Origin: a virus
Taxonomy: Duplodnaviria > Caudoviricetes
Reading direction: 5' to 3' (one strand)
Length of the DNA stretch: 25,321 nt
IMG/VR virus record: IMGVR_UViG_3300008012_005839
Location: 1-25,321 of that record
The notes below the pieces were generated by a model, which was not told the DNA's origin, ran no database searches, and saw nothing but the letters and a program-made list of their open reading frames with translations. Positions within the stretch are counted from its first letter, which is position 1; each line of letters begins with the position of its first letter. This document shows positions 8,882-17,272 of this stretch, piece by piece. Position numbers and translations under genes: made by a program.

Positions 8882-9893
8882 TAAAGTTAAATTCACAAAC
8901 GTATTATCAGAATCAGAGTTTTTTACTGAAAAAGAATTTACTCGAACTGATGTTCCTATGGTAAACGTTGCTTTATCTGGTGATATGGATAAAGGACTTA
9001 CTGCAGGATTAACAGTGCTTGCTGGTCCAAGTAAACACTTTAAAACAAGTTTTGCGCTGCTTATGGCTTCTGCATATTTGAAGCAACATGATGATGCAGT
9101 ATTATTGTTTTATGATTCAGAGTTTGGTTCCCCACAATCTTACTTTGAAACTTTTGGTATTGATACTAGCAGAGTATTACACACACCTGTTACTAATGTT
9201 GAAGAGCTAAAGTTTGACTTAGTTCATCAATTAGAAGAGTTAGATAAAGGTGATAAAGTTATTGTTGTAATTGATTCTGTTGGTAACTTAGCATCGAAGA
9301 AAGAATTAGAAGATGCATTGAATGAAAAATCAGTTGCTGATATGTCAAGAGCAAAAGCACTAAAAGGTTTATTTAGAATGGTAACACCATATCTACAAAT
9401 GAAAAATGTACCACTACTTGCAGTGAATCACACCTACAAAGAAATCGGTCTATTTCCAAAAGACGTTGTAAGTGGTGGTACAGGTATCTATTATTCTGCT
9501 GATAATATTTGGATTGTAGGTCGAAGACAGAATAAGAAAGGAACAGAAGTCACTGGTTATGACTTCATAATAAATGTGGAGAAATCACGTTATGTTAAAG
9601 AAAAGTCAAAGATTCCTGTCTCAGTTTCTTGGGAAGGTGGTATCAGCCGTTGGTCTGGTCTTCTTGATATTGGTCTTGCCCTTGGGTTTGTTAATAAACC
9701 TAGTGCTGGATGGTATGTACGTACCAATCCGCAAACTGGTGAATCTGAAGACAAAAAATTCAGAGAAGCAGAAACAAACTCAATAGAGTTTTGGAATCCA
9801 ATCTTAGATGAAACTAACTTTAAAGAGCAAGTAAAACAAGCTTATTCAATCAATGGAAGTAGTATAGAAATCGATATCGAAGAAGATGAGTAA
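8850..9893 (+). CDS. uvsX: RecA-like recombinase UvsX
   Basis: AGPSKHFKT, FYDSEFG, IDSVGNL, DMSRAK, VNHTY, KSRYVKEKSK; SD GAGG before ATG 8850. Confidence 0.96.
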   Translation: MSIMDKLKKNSKVKFTNVLSESEFFTEKEFTRTDVPMVNVALSGDMDKGLTAGLTVLAGPSKHFKTSFALLMASAYLKQHDDAVLLFYDSEFGSPQSYFETFGIDTSRVLHTPVTNVEELKFDLVHQLEELDKGDKVIVVIDSVGNLASKKELEDALNEKSVADMSRAKALKGLFRMVTPYLQMKNVPLLAVNHTYKEIGLFPKDVVSGGTGIYYSADNIWIVGRRQNKKGTEVTGYDFIINVEKSRYVKEKSKIPVSVSWEGGISRWSGLLDIGLALGFVNKPSAGWYVRTNPQTGESEDKKFREAETNSIEFWNPILDETNFKEQVKQAYSINGSSIEIDIEEDE

Positions 9894-10608
9894 GAACATT
9901 CAGCAATTCGATAAACCATGGAATCATCTCATCATTGATGATTGGTTAGATCAAGAAGATTTTGATCAAATCGTTGAATATGCAAAAGTGCATCAATCTA
10001 AAATTACAATTGCATCGAGAACATGTGTAAAATATAATTGGTTCTTTGATTATACTGGAAAATTTATAAAGCTTAGAATAGTCGATGAGACAGCAAGATA
10101 TCCAGAGTGGCTAGATAATGAATCACCAAAATGGCCAATGGAGTTCGGTGAACGTATGGCTAAAAAATACTATCGAGACATTCTAGATTTTAGAGTTAAA
10201 TTAGGTTATAAAGACATTGCTGAATATCAACCAATGTTTACTATGACTTTAAGTTACTTCGACAAAAACTTCGATTATAGAAGGAGTCATACTGATGGTG
10301 TATGGAAATTATTTTCAAGTACACTATACGTATCAGAACAAAATGAAGGAACTACAATGACGAGTGATCGTTACTCTGAAGATTATGTAACTGTGCCTTG
10401 GAAACAAAATAGATTGCATTGTTTTGTCAGAGATTTAGAAAATACTTGGCATAATTATAAGGCTGACGGAATAAACGAAAGAGTAACGATCAACTTTTGC
10501 TTGAGACCTAATGAGTTTTGGAGTTGGGGAGAATCTTGGCCTCATGGAATCAAATCTTCTCCAGGAGAAGGTGTTTTAGAAAAATATTTTGAGAAGAAAG
10601 ATGATTAA
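9886..10608 (+). CDS. 2OG-Fe(II) oxygenase-like protein
   Basis: PW.H.IIDD.L, HTD, distal WH, RVTIN. Confidence 0.7.
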   Translation: MSKNIQQFDKPWNHLIIDDWLDQEDFDQIVEYAKVHQSKITIASRTCVKYNWFFDYTGKFIKLRIVDETARYPEWLDNESPKWPMEFGERMAKKYYRDILDFRVKLGYKDIAEYQPMFTMTLSYFDKNFDYRRSHTDGVWKLFSSTLYVSEQNEGTTMTSDRYSEDYVTVPWKQNRLHCFVRDLENTWHNYKADGINERVTINFCLRPNEFWSWGESWPHGIKSSPGEGVLEKYFEKKDD

Positions 10609-10921
10609 TATTGATAAAGTAAGCGAAAACGTACATTATGAAATGATACCTGCATCAGATACTGATAATGATCAAGCATGGGATATTAGAATACTTGAAG
10701 GTGATTTTACTGAAAGTGTTATACGATTTGGTAATGTTGGATTTAACGAAGAAAAAGATTGTTTAACATTTAATTTTAAATTAATAAATTCTCCAGACGA
10801 CGATCTGACTGAAGAGAATTTGTTCTTACAACAATTTGCTGGTGCTATATTAGAAGACATATTAGAAAAAGCAGTTGCAGATGGCTCAGCAGTAATTAAA
10901 GAAAAAGGTAGTTTAGCATGA
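10601..10921 (+). CDS. Conserved hypothetical protein, possibly gp40-like
   Basis: Acidic ~106 aa ORF in the uvsX-gp41 interval where T4 has gp40; assignment mainly positional. Confidence 0.35.
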   Translation: MINIDKVSENVHYEMIPASDTDNDQAWDIRILEGDFTESVIRFGNVGFNEEKDCLTFNFKLINSPDDDLTEENLFLQQFAGAILEDILEKAVADGSAVIKEKGSLA

Positions 10922-11358
10922 AAGGAAAAATATTAGTAATGGGTCTGCCTGGTGCAGGTAAAACGTGGTTAGCAGAAAGACTAGCTGTTGAATGGCAATG
11001 TGCTTGGTTTAATGCTGATAGAGTAAGAGCTATGGCAAATGATTGGGAGTTCTCTCCAGAAGCAAGAATAAGACAAGCAGAAAGAATGAGAAACATTGCC
11101 GACTTTGAAAAGAGCAAAGGACGAAGAGTCATATGTGATTTTGTTTGCCCTACAAGAGAAACAAGAGAAACATTCGATGCTGATTATGTTATCTATCTTG
11201 ACACTATTAAAGAAGGTCGATTTGAAGATACAAATAAAATGTTTGAATCACCTGTAGGTTATGAAGGTAACATGTGGCGAGTAGACAAATTTTATTCTGA
11301 CGACGAAATCAAAGAGATGGCTAGAAAAATTAGTCATATTATAGATGCAGTCAGTTAG
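10918..11358 (+). CDS. cysC: Adenylylsulfate kinase-like P-loop kinase (short CysC-like)
   Basis: GLPGAGKT, NADRVR, FS...R..Q..R, VICDFVCP, FESP. Confidence 0.7.
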   Translation: MKGKILVMGLPGAGKTWLAERLAVEWQCAWFNADRVRAMANDWEFSPEARIRQAERMRNIADFEKSKGRRVICDFVCPTRETRETFDADYVIYLDTIKEGRFEDTNKMFESPVGYEGNMWRVDKFYSDDEIKEMARKISHIIDAVS

Positions 11359-11539
11359 AATATCAATTTATAAGACTTTGACATGGAGAGTGTTAGCAAC
11401 TGTTGTGACATTCTGTGTGGCATATTTTATAACAGGTAATACTGTTGCAAGTCTCAGTATCATGGGTATTGATGGTGTGATTAAGATGGTATTTTATTAT
11501 TTACATGAGAGATTTTGGAATCTCGGAGGAGAACTATAA
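11345..11539 (+). CDS. DUF2061-type small membrane protein
   Basis: S..KT.TWR, two hydrophobic helices, YY.HER.W. Confidence 0.8.
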   Translation: MQSVRISIYKTLTWRVLATVVTFCVAYFITGNTVASLSIMGIDGVIKMVFYYLHERFWNLGGEL

Positions 11540-11928
11540 TGGATTGGTCAAGACCAACAGTTCAAATGCTAGGCAGATGGCAGCCATGGCACGATGGACA
11601 CACAGAACTATTTAAAAGATGCCACGATAAAACAGGACAAGTTGCTATCATGGTAAGAGATGTTGGTGGTAAGAGTGCAATGGTAAAAGGACAAGAGGAT
11701 AATCCTTTCGTATTTAGCGACGTAAGACGAAGAATTGAAAGTCGTTTAGTACAAGAAGGTTATGTTCCTGATGAGGACTTTGAAGTTATGCTTGTACCTA
11801 ATATTGTTGATATTAGTTATGGTCGTGGTGTAGGTTATACATTTACAGAACATGATCTTGGTACAAAAGTACATGATATCAGTGCAACTAAAATACGAGA
11901 AGGAATGCGTGAAAGAGGCGAATTATAA
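11539..11928 (+). CDS. HxGH nucleotidyltransferase (cytidylyltransferase-like)
   Basis: GRWQPWHDGH, NPF, ISATKIR; TAATG stop/start overlap; SD GGAGG. Confidence 0.8.
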   Translation: MDWSRPTVQMLGRWQPWHDGHTELFKRCHDKTGQVAIMVRDVGGKSAMVKGQEDNPFVFSDVRRRIESRLVQEGYVPDEDFEVMLVPNIVDISYGRGVGYTFTEHDLGTKVHDISATKIREGMRERGEL

Positions 11929-11929
11929 T

Positions 11930-11958
11930 TGTACATATGAATTTACTTGTGGTAGAAT
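11930..11958 (+). promoter_or_regulatory. Sigma70-like early promoter for gp41
   Basis: TGTACA-N17-TAGAAT; shares TTTACTTGTGGTAGAATAGG with the gp43 promoter. Confidence 0.75.
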
Positions 11959-11966
11959 AGGAGTCT

Positions 11967-13364
11967 ATGAATATAAATCTTGAACAAACAATTTTAAAGA
12001 ATATGCTTACAGATGAAAAGTATATGCGTAAAGTATTACCTTTTATCAAACCTGATTATTTTGAAGGTGTATATCGACAATTGTTCAAAGAAGCTGGCAA
12101 ATTTGTTGCTAAGTACAATAAACTCCCTAATCTTGAAACGTTTAAAATAGAAATAGATGAATCTACTGCATTTAGTGAAGAGCACTATAAACATGCAATT
12201 GAAATACTACCACTCATTTTTGAATCAGACAAAACAGATCAAGCTTGGTTAATCGATCAAACTGAGAAATGGTGTCAAGATCGTGCTATTCATAACGCGA
12301 TCATGGAATCAATTACGATTATTGATGGTAAGCATCAAAAGCTAACGAAAAATGCTTTACCTGATTTATTAACTAAAGCGTTGGCAGTGTCGTTTGATAC
12401 CAATGTTGGTCACGACTACTTAGAAAATGTAGATGAACGATATGATTTTTATCATGAGCAAGAGGATCGGATTCCATTTGATTTGGAATATTTCAATCTG
12501 ATCACAAAGGGAGGGCTACCGAATAAGACCCTCAATATCGTTCTAGCAGGGACTGGCGTAGGTAAATCGTTATTTATGTGCCACTGCGCTGCCAACGTCC
12601 TAACACAAGGTCGAAATGTTCTTTATATTACCATGGAAATGGCAGAGGAACGTATCGCTGAAAGAATAGATGCTAACTTACTTGATATACCTATCAGTCA
12701 AATTGAAAATCTTGCAAAAGATGACTATACCAATAGAGTACAAAACATAGGTCAAAGAACCAATGGTAAACTTATCATCAAAGAATATCCAACAGGTTCA
12801 GCAAATGTATCTCACTTCAGAGCATTACTCAATGAACTTAAACTAAAGAAAAACTTTATACCTGAAGTTATATTCGTCGATTACCTTAATATTTGTGCTT
12901 CATCAAGAATGAAATCTATCGGAGGTGCAATCAACACGTATTCTTATATCAAAGCAATTGCAGAAGAAATGAGAGGATTAGCAGTTGAATTTAATGTACC
13001 TATTATGTCTGCTACTCAAACAACAAGAACAGGTTACAGTAGCTCTGATCCAGGTCTTGAGGATACTTCAGAATCTTTCGGTCTGCCTGCTACAGCAGAT
13101 TTAATGTTTGCTATCGTATCCAATGAAGAGTTAGATAGATCTAATCAGATACTAGTAAAACAATTAAAGAATAGATATAATGATCCAACACAATACAAAA
13201 GATTTGTTGTAGGTGTAGATCGATCTAGAATGAAACTAAAGAATATCGTTGACGCAGAAAAAAATCTTGTTAACGATCAGCCTGAAGATACTGGACCTGT
13301 ATTTGATAATAGTAAATATGCAGAACGCCAGAGATCAGATAAATTAAAATCATTAGTGGTATAA
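11967..13364 (+). CDS. 41: Replicative DnaB-like helicase (T4 gp41-like)
   Basis: LAGTGVGKS, ITMEMAEE, KEYPTG, FVDYLNIC, SATQTTR, SESFGLPATAD, KQLKNRY. Confidence 0.97.
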   Translation: MNINLEQTILKNMLTDEKYMRKVLPFIKPDYFEGVYRQLFKEAGKFVAKYNKLPNLETFKIEIDESTAFSEEHYKHAIEILPLIFESDKTDQAWLIDQTEKWCQDRAIHNAIMESITIIDGKHQKLTKNALPDLLTKALAVSFDTNVGHDYLENVDERYDFYHEQEDRIPFDLEYFNLITKGGLPNKTLNIVLAGTGVGKSLFMCHCAANVLTQGRNVLYITMEMAEERIAERIDANLLDIPISQIENLAKDDYTNRVQNIGQRTNGKLIIKEYPTGSANVSHFRALLNELKLKKNFIPEVIFVDYLNICASSRMKSIGGAINTYSYIKAIAEEMRGLAVEFNVPIMSATQTTRTGYSSSDPGLEDTSESFGLPATADLMFAIVSNEELDRSNQILVKQLKNRYNDPTQYKRFVVGVDRSRMKLKNIVDAEKNLVNDQPEDTGPVFDNSKYAERQRSDKLKSLVV

Positions 13365-13367
13365 ATA
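13360..13367 (+). promoter_or_regulatory. T4-type late promoter TATAAATA
   Basis: Exact consensus, 4 nt before ATG 13372. Confidence 0.7.
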
Positions 13368-13371
13368 TAGC

Positions 13372-13605
13372 ATGACTCCCTTAGATTATACATTATTTAC
13401 TCTACTTTGTATGATTGGTGCATACTGGTGGGGTTGGAAAAAAGGTGACTGGTCAGGATCAGTTGGTATGACACATAAATTTCTAAAAGCCTTACATGAG
13501 ATGGGAATATCTTGTGAAGTCGAAGGCAGAGATGTCTATATTATTTCAGCAGTTTTAGATAAAAAAATAAGAGTTGAGAGAGATGACGACGGAACAGACT
13601 TTTAA
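13372..13605 (+). CDS. Hypothetical protein with N-terminal TM helix
   Basis: Hydrophobic N-terminus followed by WWGWKKG. Confidence 0.6.
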   Translation: MTPLDYTLFTLLCMIGAYWWGWKKGDWSGSVGMTHKFLKALHEMGISCEVEGRDVYIISAVLDKKIRVERDDDGTDF

Positions 13606-13738
13606 AGAATTAGAAGAAGCATTTGGTGATGGATATACATGCACAAAAGTGATACGTGACGATGGCACAGTCGCAATACAGTGTACAAGAAATGAGCGAA
13701 ATACAGATAAACAATCAGAAGTTCTTACAGAAACTTGA
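13583..13738 (+). CDS. 51-aa hypothetical protein (not in ORF track)
   Basis: MTTEQTFKELEEAFGDGYTCTKVIRDDGTVAIQCTRNERNTDKQSEVLTET fills the gap and overlaps both neighbours. Confidence 0.45.
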   Translation: MTTEQTFKELEEAFGDGYTCTKVIRDDGTVAIQCTRNERNTDKQSEVLTET

Positions 13739-14372
13739 AGATCTAAAGAACGATTTCCTTAATAAGCCTAATTATAACGATAAAAAATATCGTGTATCTA
13801 GTGCTAACTGGAATAAATGCAACGTAGAAGATTTCTATTGTGGTAGAACGTATTTAGATCACATGTTAAGAAATCAAGATGCCCATCCAGGATATCCTGA
13901 AGAGCACATGGCTCAACCTATAGCACACATGGTAAGAATAGATCCAGATATATGGACTGATTATAGGGATAAAGCAAGAACAGAATTTTGCATAGATATA
14001 GGTGCACAACATGCAGCTCTTACAAATTATTATCCTCCTGGAGGTTTTGTAGGATGGCACACTAATTGGGATGCATGTTGTTATCAAGTATTGTTTACTT
14101 GGTCACGAACTGGCGATGGTTATTTTCGATACTATGATAAAGAAAACGATGAAATGATTACAATCGAAGATAAACCTGGCTGGCAAGCACGTCACTTCTA
14201 TTTCGGTAGAAAGGACGAAATTAAATACCATTGCTGGCATTCAGCATATACATGGTCAGAGCGAATCACGCTCGCTTATAAGTTTGATAATGGTGGTATG
14301 GAATCTGCACATAATAAGACTGCGATTCTTTTAAGAGATCAACTTATAGAGGAGATAGAATCAGATGAATAA
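13692..14372 (+). CDS. 2OG-Fe(II) oxygenase-like protein (HxN variant)
   Basis: YYPPGGFVGWHTNWD, G.G.FRY, distal WH, RITL; ATG 13692 preferred. Confidence 0.55.
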   Translation: MSEIQINNQKFLQKLEDLKNDFLNKPNYNDKKYRVSSANWNKCNVEDFYCGRTYLDHMLRNQDAHPGYPEEHMAQPIAHMVRIDPDIWTDYRDKARTEFCIDIGAQHAALTNYYPPGGFVGWHTNWDACCYQVLFTWSRTGDGYFRYYDKENDEMITIEDKPGWQARHFYFGRKDEIKYHCWHSAYTWSERITLAYKFDNGGMESAHNKTAILLRDQLIEEIESDE

Positions 14373-14979
14373 AAACGATATTTTTATATTCCTATCAGGA
14401 ATGATTACACTTGTGTTTATTTACTTTTTAATGATAATAGACGCAAAATTAAATAGTGCAAGGGGTGATACACTTGTACCTGAACCATTACCTACAGAAT
14501 CACTTATTATGGTACACGATACAGAAACAGATGAAATAGTAGAAGTACCATTTTATGATGTTCCTGTTGAAGTACCATTATACACACCAGATACTTTAGA
14601 ATGTATGGCACTTAACATATATCATGAAGCAAGAGGTGATAACTACGCTGGTAAAGTCGCAGTGTCAGATGTAGTTTTAAATCGTGTAAACGATACACGT
14701 TATCCAAATAACATTTGTGATGTAATATACCAAGGTGGAGAAGAAAGAGGACGATGTCACTTCTCATGGTACTGTGACGGACGTTCTGATACACCCTTCG
14801 ATGATATTGCTTGGCAAGAAGCTGAGATGATTGCAAGAGAAGTATTAGAGAATGATAAAGGATTGACTGAAGGTGCAACTCATTATCATGCATATACTAT
14901 ACGACCTGATTGGGTTGATGATAGAGGAATGCAGATGGTTGGACGTATTGGCGATCATGTATTTTATAGGTGGAATTAA
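14365..14979 (+). CDS. Cell wall hydrolase, SleB/Hydrolase_2 family, membrane-anchored
   Basis: CMALNIYHEARG, VVLNRV, YP..IC.VIYQ, FSWYCDG, GATHYH, IG.H.FY; N-terminal TM. Confidence 0.9.
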   Translation: MNKNDIFIFLSGMITLVFIYFLMIIDAKLNSARGDTLVPEPLPTESLIMVHDTETDEIVEVPFYDVPVEVPLYTPDTLECMALNIYHEARGDNYAGKVAVSDVVLNRVNDTRYPNNICDVIYQGGEERGRCHFSWYCDGRSDTPFDDIAWQEAEMIAREVLENDKGLTEGATHYHAYTIRPDWVDDRGMQMVGRIGDHVFYRWN

Positions 14980-15642
14980 TTGTTTGATATAAATTTAATT
15001 GAATTACCTGAAGTTAAACAGGTAAATGAAGATGGAACTCGTTATTATACTGATGGTGGTGAAAAGAAATATCCATCAGTAACAACTATTTTAGGTGCTG
15101 ATCCAGAAAAACTTAAAAGTATAGCTCAATGGAGAGAAAGAGTAGGCGATGAAGAGGCAAATAGAATATCTACTCAAGCCGCAGGAAGAGGAACAAGAAC
15201 TCACGCACTAATTGAATCATATATTATGAACGAAGAATTACCTGATTCAATGCCAGATGCTCAAGGTTATTTCTTAGCTATGAAAAATACCATTGATAGT
15301 TATGTAAACAACATCAGAGTTGTAGAAGGAAAAATGTTATCAGATCATCTGCGATGCGCGGGTACAGTTGACTGCATTGCTGAATATAGAGGTGAAATGG
15401 CAATTATAGATTGGAAAACTTCTAATCGCATGAAGAGAAAATCTGAGAATGCTATGCAAGGTTATTTTAAACAAGCTGCAGCTTATGCAGTTATGTTTGA
15501 AGAAAATACAAAAATACCTGTTAAAAAACTTGTAATAATTATGTCTACATCGAACGGAGAATGTCAATTATTTGTAGAAGATAGAGATTCTTGGATAGAT
15601 AAGTTTATTGAGATGAGAGACTATTACGAGAGTATACAGTGA
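14980..15642 (+). CDS. PD-(D/E)XK exonuclease
   Basis: YPSVTT, GT..H..IE, AGTVDC, IIDWKTS, Q...YA; TTG start. Confidence 0.85.
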   Translation: MFDINLIELPEVKQVNEDGTRYYTDGGEKKYPSVTTILGADPEKLKSIAQWRERVGDEEANRISTQAAGRGTRTHALIESYIMNEELPDSMPDAQGYFLAMKNTIDSYVNNIRVVEGKMLSDHLRCAGTVDCIAEYRGEMAIIDWKTSNRMKRKSENAMQGYFKQAAAYAVMFEENTKIPVKKLVIIMSTSNGECQLFVEDRDSWIDKFIEMRDYYESIQ

Positions 15643-15705
15643 AAAACTTAAAAAGTATATATACTATAGTGAAACGGAGGGGAGAGACAGATATCCTTTA
15701 ATATT

Positions 15706-15855
15706 ATGGCACAAAAATCTTTAAAATACGTATCTACTGTATTCAGTACACCTAAGAAAACTTCTATTGCAACCGCAGATATTATGGTTAAGAAATCTTC
15801 TATGAATAAAAACAAAAGAAGATCTTATAAAGCATACAGAGGACAAGGCAAATAA
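15706..15855 (+). CDS. 49-aa highly basic protein (not in ORF track)
   Basis: MAQKSLKYVSTVFSTPKKTSIATADIMVKKSSMNKNKRRSYKAYRGQGK; TATATATA late-like box at 15656-15663. Confidence 0.7.
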   Translation: MAQKSLKYVSTVFSTPKKTSIATADIMVKKSSMNKNKRRSYKAYRGQGK

Positions 15856-15858
15856 TTA

Positions 15859-15866
15859 TATAAATA
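15859..15866 (+). promoter_or_regulatory. T4-type late promoter TATAAATA for tonB operon
   Basis: Exact consensus, 5 nt before ATG 15872. Confidence 0.75.
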
Positions 15867-15871
15867 TCTTT

Positions 15872-16465
15872 ATGAGGTATTTAATTTCACTATTATTAGG
15901 TTCATCTATAACCTTTTCATTATTCTTTATAATGACCATGCTTATTGCAACCGGTCGTGGTGCTCTTACTGAAGCTTCATCATTTCGTATAACAGACTTT
16001 GTTATGGTTGAAAGAAATGAAGTTGTTGAAACAAGAGAAAGAAAACCTGAAAGACCTCCAGAACCAGAACTTCCACCAGAAATACCAGAAGCTTCACAAG
16101 CAGATAGTTTTGATAACACTATGACTGTATCAATGTCTGCTCCTACAGTAAATGCTGGATTTCAAGTTGGTGGAGTTGGATTTGGTGTCAGTGATGGAGA
16201 ATACTTACCAATTGTAAAAGTAGCACCTGTATATCCTGCTCGAGCATTACGTATGGGTGTCGAAGGATACTGTGTTGTTGAATTTACAGTGATGCCAAAT
16301 GGTTCTACAAGAGATGCATTTGCCGCTGAATGTTCTAATTCAGTATTTGAGAGAGCATCTGTTGAAGCTGCATTAAAGTTTAAATATAAACCAAGAGTTA
16401 TTGATGGTGTAGCCATTGAAGTTCCTGGTGTATTAAATAGGATAACATTTGAGTTAGCAGAGTAA
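15872..16465 (+). CDS. tonB: Energy transducer TonB
   Basis: N-terminal TM, Pro-rich linker KPERPPEPELPPEIP, TonB-C motifs P.YP.RA...G.EG...V.F.V...G, F...A...KFKYKP. Confidence 0.9.
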   Translation: MRYLISLLLGSSITFSLFFIMTMLIATGRGALTEASSFRITDFVMVERNEVVETRERKPERPPEPELPPEIPEASQADSFDNTMTVSMSAPTVNAGFQVGGVGFGVSDGEYLPIVKVAPVYPARALRMGVEGYCVVEFTVMPNGSTRDAFAAECSNSVFERASVEAALKFKYKPRVIDGVAIEVPGVLNRITFELAE

Positions 16466-16466
16466 T

Positions 16467-16760
16467 ATGGATTTTTTGGCATTAGTTGGTGAGTTAGGTG
16501 CTCCTATAGCAGGTTCTTTGGTAATGGGATTCTTTATATTCTTAGTTATAAAACAAATTCTAGAAGGTATAGTCGACCAAGTTAAAACGTTAACGATATT
16601 CTGTAAGTCATTAGAGAATAGAGCTCGTACTATGTCCAATGAAATGATTAAGATCGATATGTTAGTCTCATCTGCTTTGGAATTAAGACCTGATATTGAA
16701 AGAGTAGCAAGAGCAGAAAACTTTATAGAGGATGGAAAAGTAGATGCAAGACGTGACTAA
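16467..16760 (+). CDS. Small membrane protein (TM + coiled coil), paralogue A
   Basis: ELGAPIAGSLVMGFFIFLVIKQI followed by a heptad-like helix. Confidence 0.75.
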   Translation: MDFLALVGELGAPIAGSLVMGFFIFLVIKQILEGIVDQVKTLTIFCKSLENRARTMSNEMIKIDMLVSSALELRPDIERVARAENFIEDGKVDARRD

Positions 16761-16821
16761 ACAATTAATCCCTTGGTTTGTAGCAGCTTTCATTTGTTTT
16801 ATTTTTATATGGATAGCATAA
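16753..16821 (+). CDS. 22-aa transmembrane peptide (not in ORF track)
   Basis: GTG start; MTKQLIPWFVAAFICFIFIWIA; its stop directly abuts ATG 16822. Confidence 0.4.
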   Translation: MTKQLIPWFVAAFICFIFIWIA

Positions 16822-17112
16822 ATGGAAGGTGATATTGTACAATTAATCAGTGAGTATGGATTTCCAGTTATTATGGCGACTGGTATGGGTTACTTTATTT
16901 ACTTTATATGGAACTTCATTGGTGAACATATAGATCCAGCTTTACAAGAACAGCATATGGCACTGATTCGTGTTATAGATCAAGTGCGTATGTTAGACCA
17001 AGATCTAATACGATTACAGCAAAAAGTAGACGTTGTATTAGAATATAGAGAACAAGAAAAGATGAGGAAAGAAGGTGAAATTTCAAGTCGGGGACAAAAT
17101 AAGAAAGCCTAA
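16822..17112 (+). CDS. Small membrane protein (TM + coiled coil), paralogue B
   Basis: EYGFPVIMATGMGYFIYFIWNFI aligns with paralogue A; coiled-coil C-terminus. Confidence 0.75.
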   Translation: MEGDIVQLISEYGFPVIMATGMGYFIYFIWNFIGEHIDPALQEQHMALIRVIDQVRMLDQDLIRLQQKVDVVLEYREQEKMRKEGEISSRGQNKKA

Positions 17113-17272
17113 AGGCTATGCATTTAACGGAACAATCGTATCCGTTTTTCAAAACACAAAAGGTGATATTAGGATCGTTGCTGAGCTAGACGGAAACGGA
17201 ATGCTTCATATATTTTCTGAATCACAGCTAGAGCATAGAGACAACCCACAGCAAATAGATATTCAGTTTTAA
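17075..17272 (+). CDS. SH3-fold protein resembling type II dihydrofolate reductase (DfrB/R67)
   Basis: F..GD..RK..G.AF.G.IV ... E...G.LHIF....LE parallels R67 F..GDRVRKKSGAAWQGQIV ... E...GSVQIY....LE. Confidence 0.5.
   Translation: MKFQVGDKIRKPKGYAFNGTIVSVFQNTKGDIRIVAELDGNGMLHIFSESQLEHRDNPQQIDIQF

Noticed and set aside
3999-13364. Intron or intein in gp43, uvsX or gp41
   Set aside because: All are continuous, of normal length and lack splicing or homing motifs
13682-13710. Additional TGTACA hexamers (also ~5903 and ~8358)
   Set aside because: No convincing -10 element at 16-17 nt spacing; intragenic
14980-15642. Cas4/CRISPR association of the PD-(D/E)XK nuclease
   Set aside because: No four-Cys Fe-S pattern and no repeat-spacer array in the window
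15670-15700. GGAGAGAC purine tract suggesting a glycine riboswitch
   Set aside because: The other aptamer elements (GCCGAAG, CUCUCAGG) are absent
864-16639. Antisense or nested ORFs in the track (e.g. 864-1373, 1931-2152, 3189-3548, 5280-5558, 5898-6215, 7699-7932, 9574-9786, 15856-16119, 16162-16482)
   Set aside because: Shadows of well-supported genes, with no motifs or ribosome-binding sites
16467-17112. ExbB/ExbD identity for the two small membrane proteins
   Set aside because: Too short, single TM, and no conserved TM Asp or MotA/TolQ/ExbB motifs
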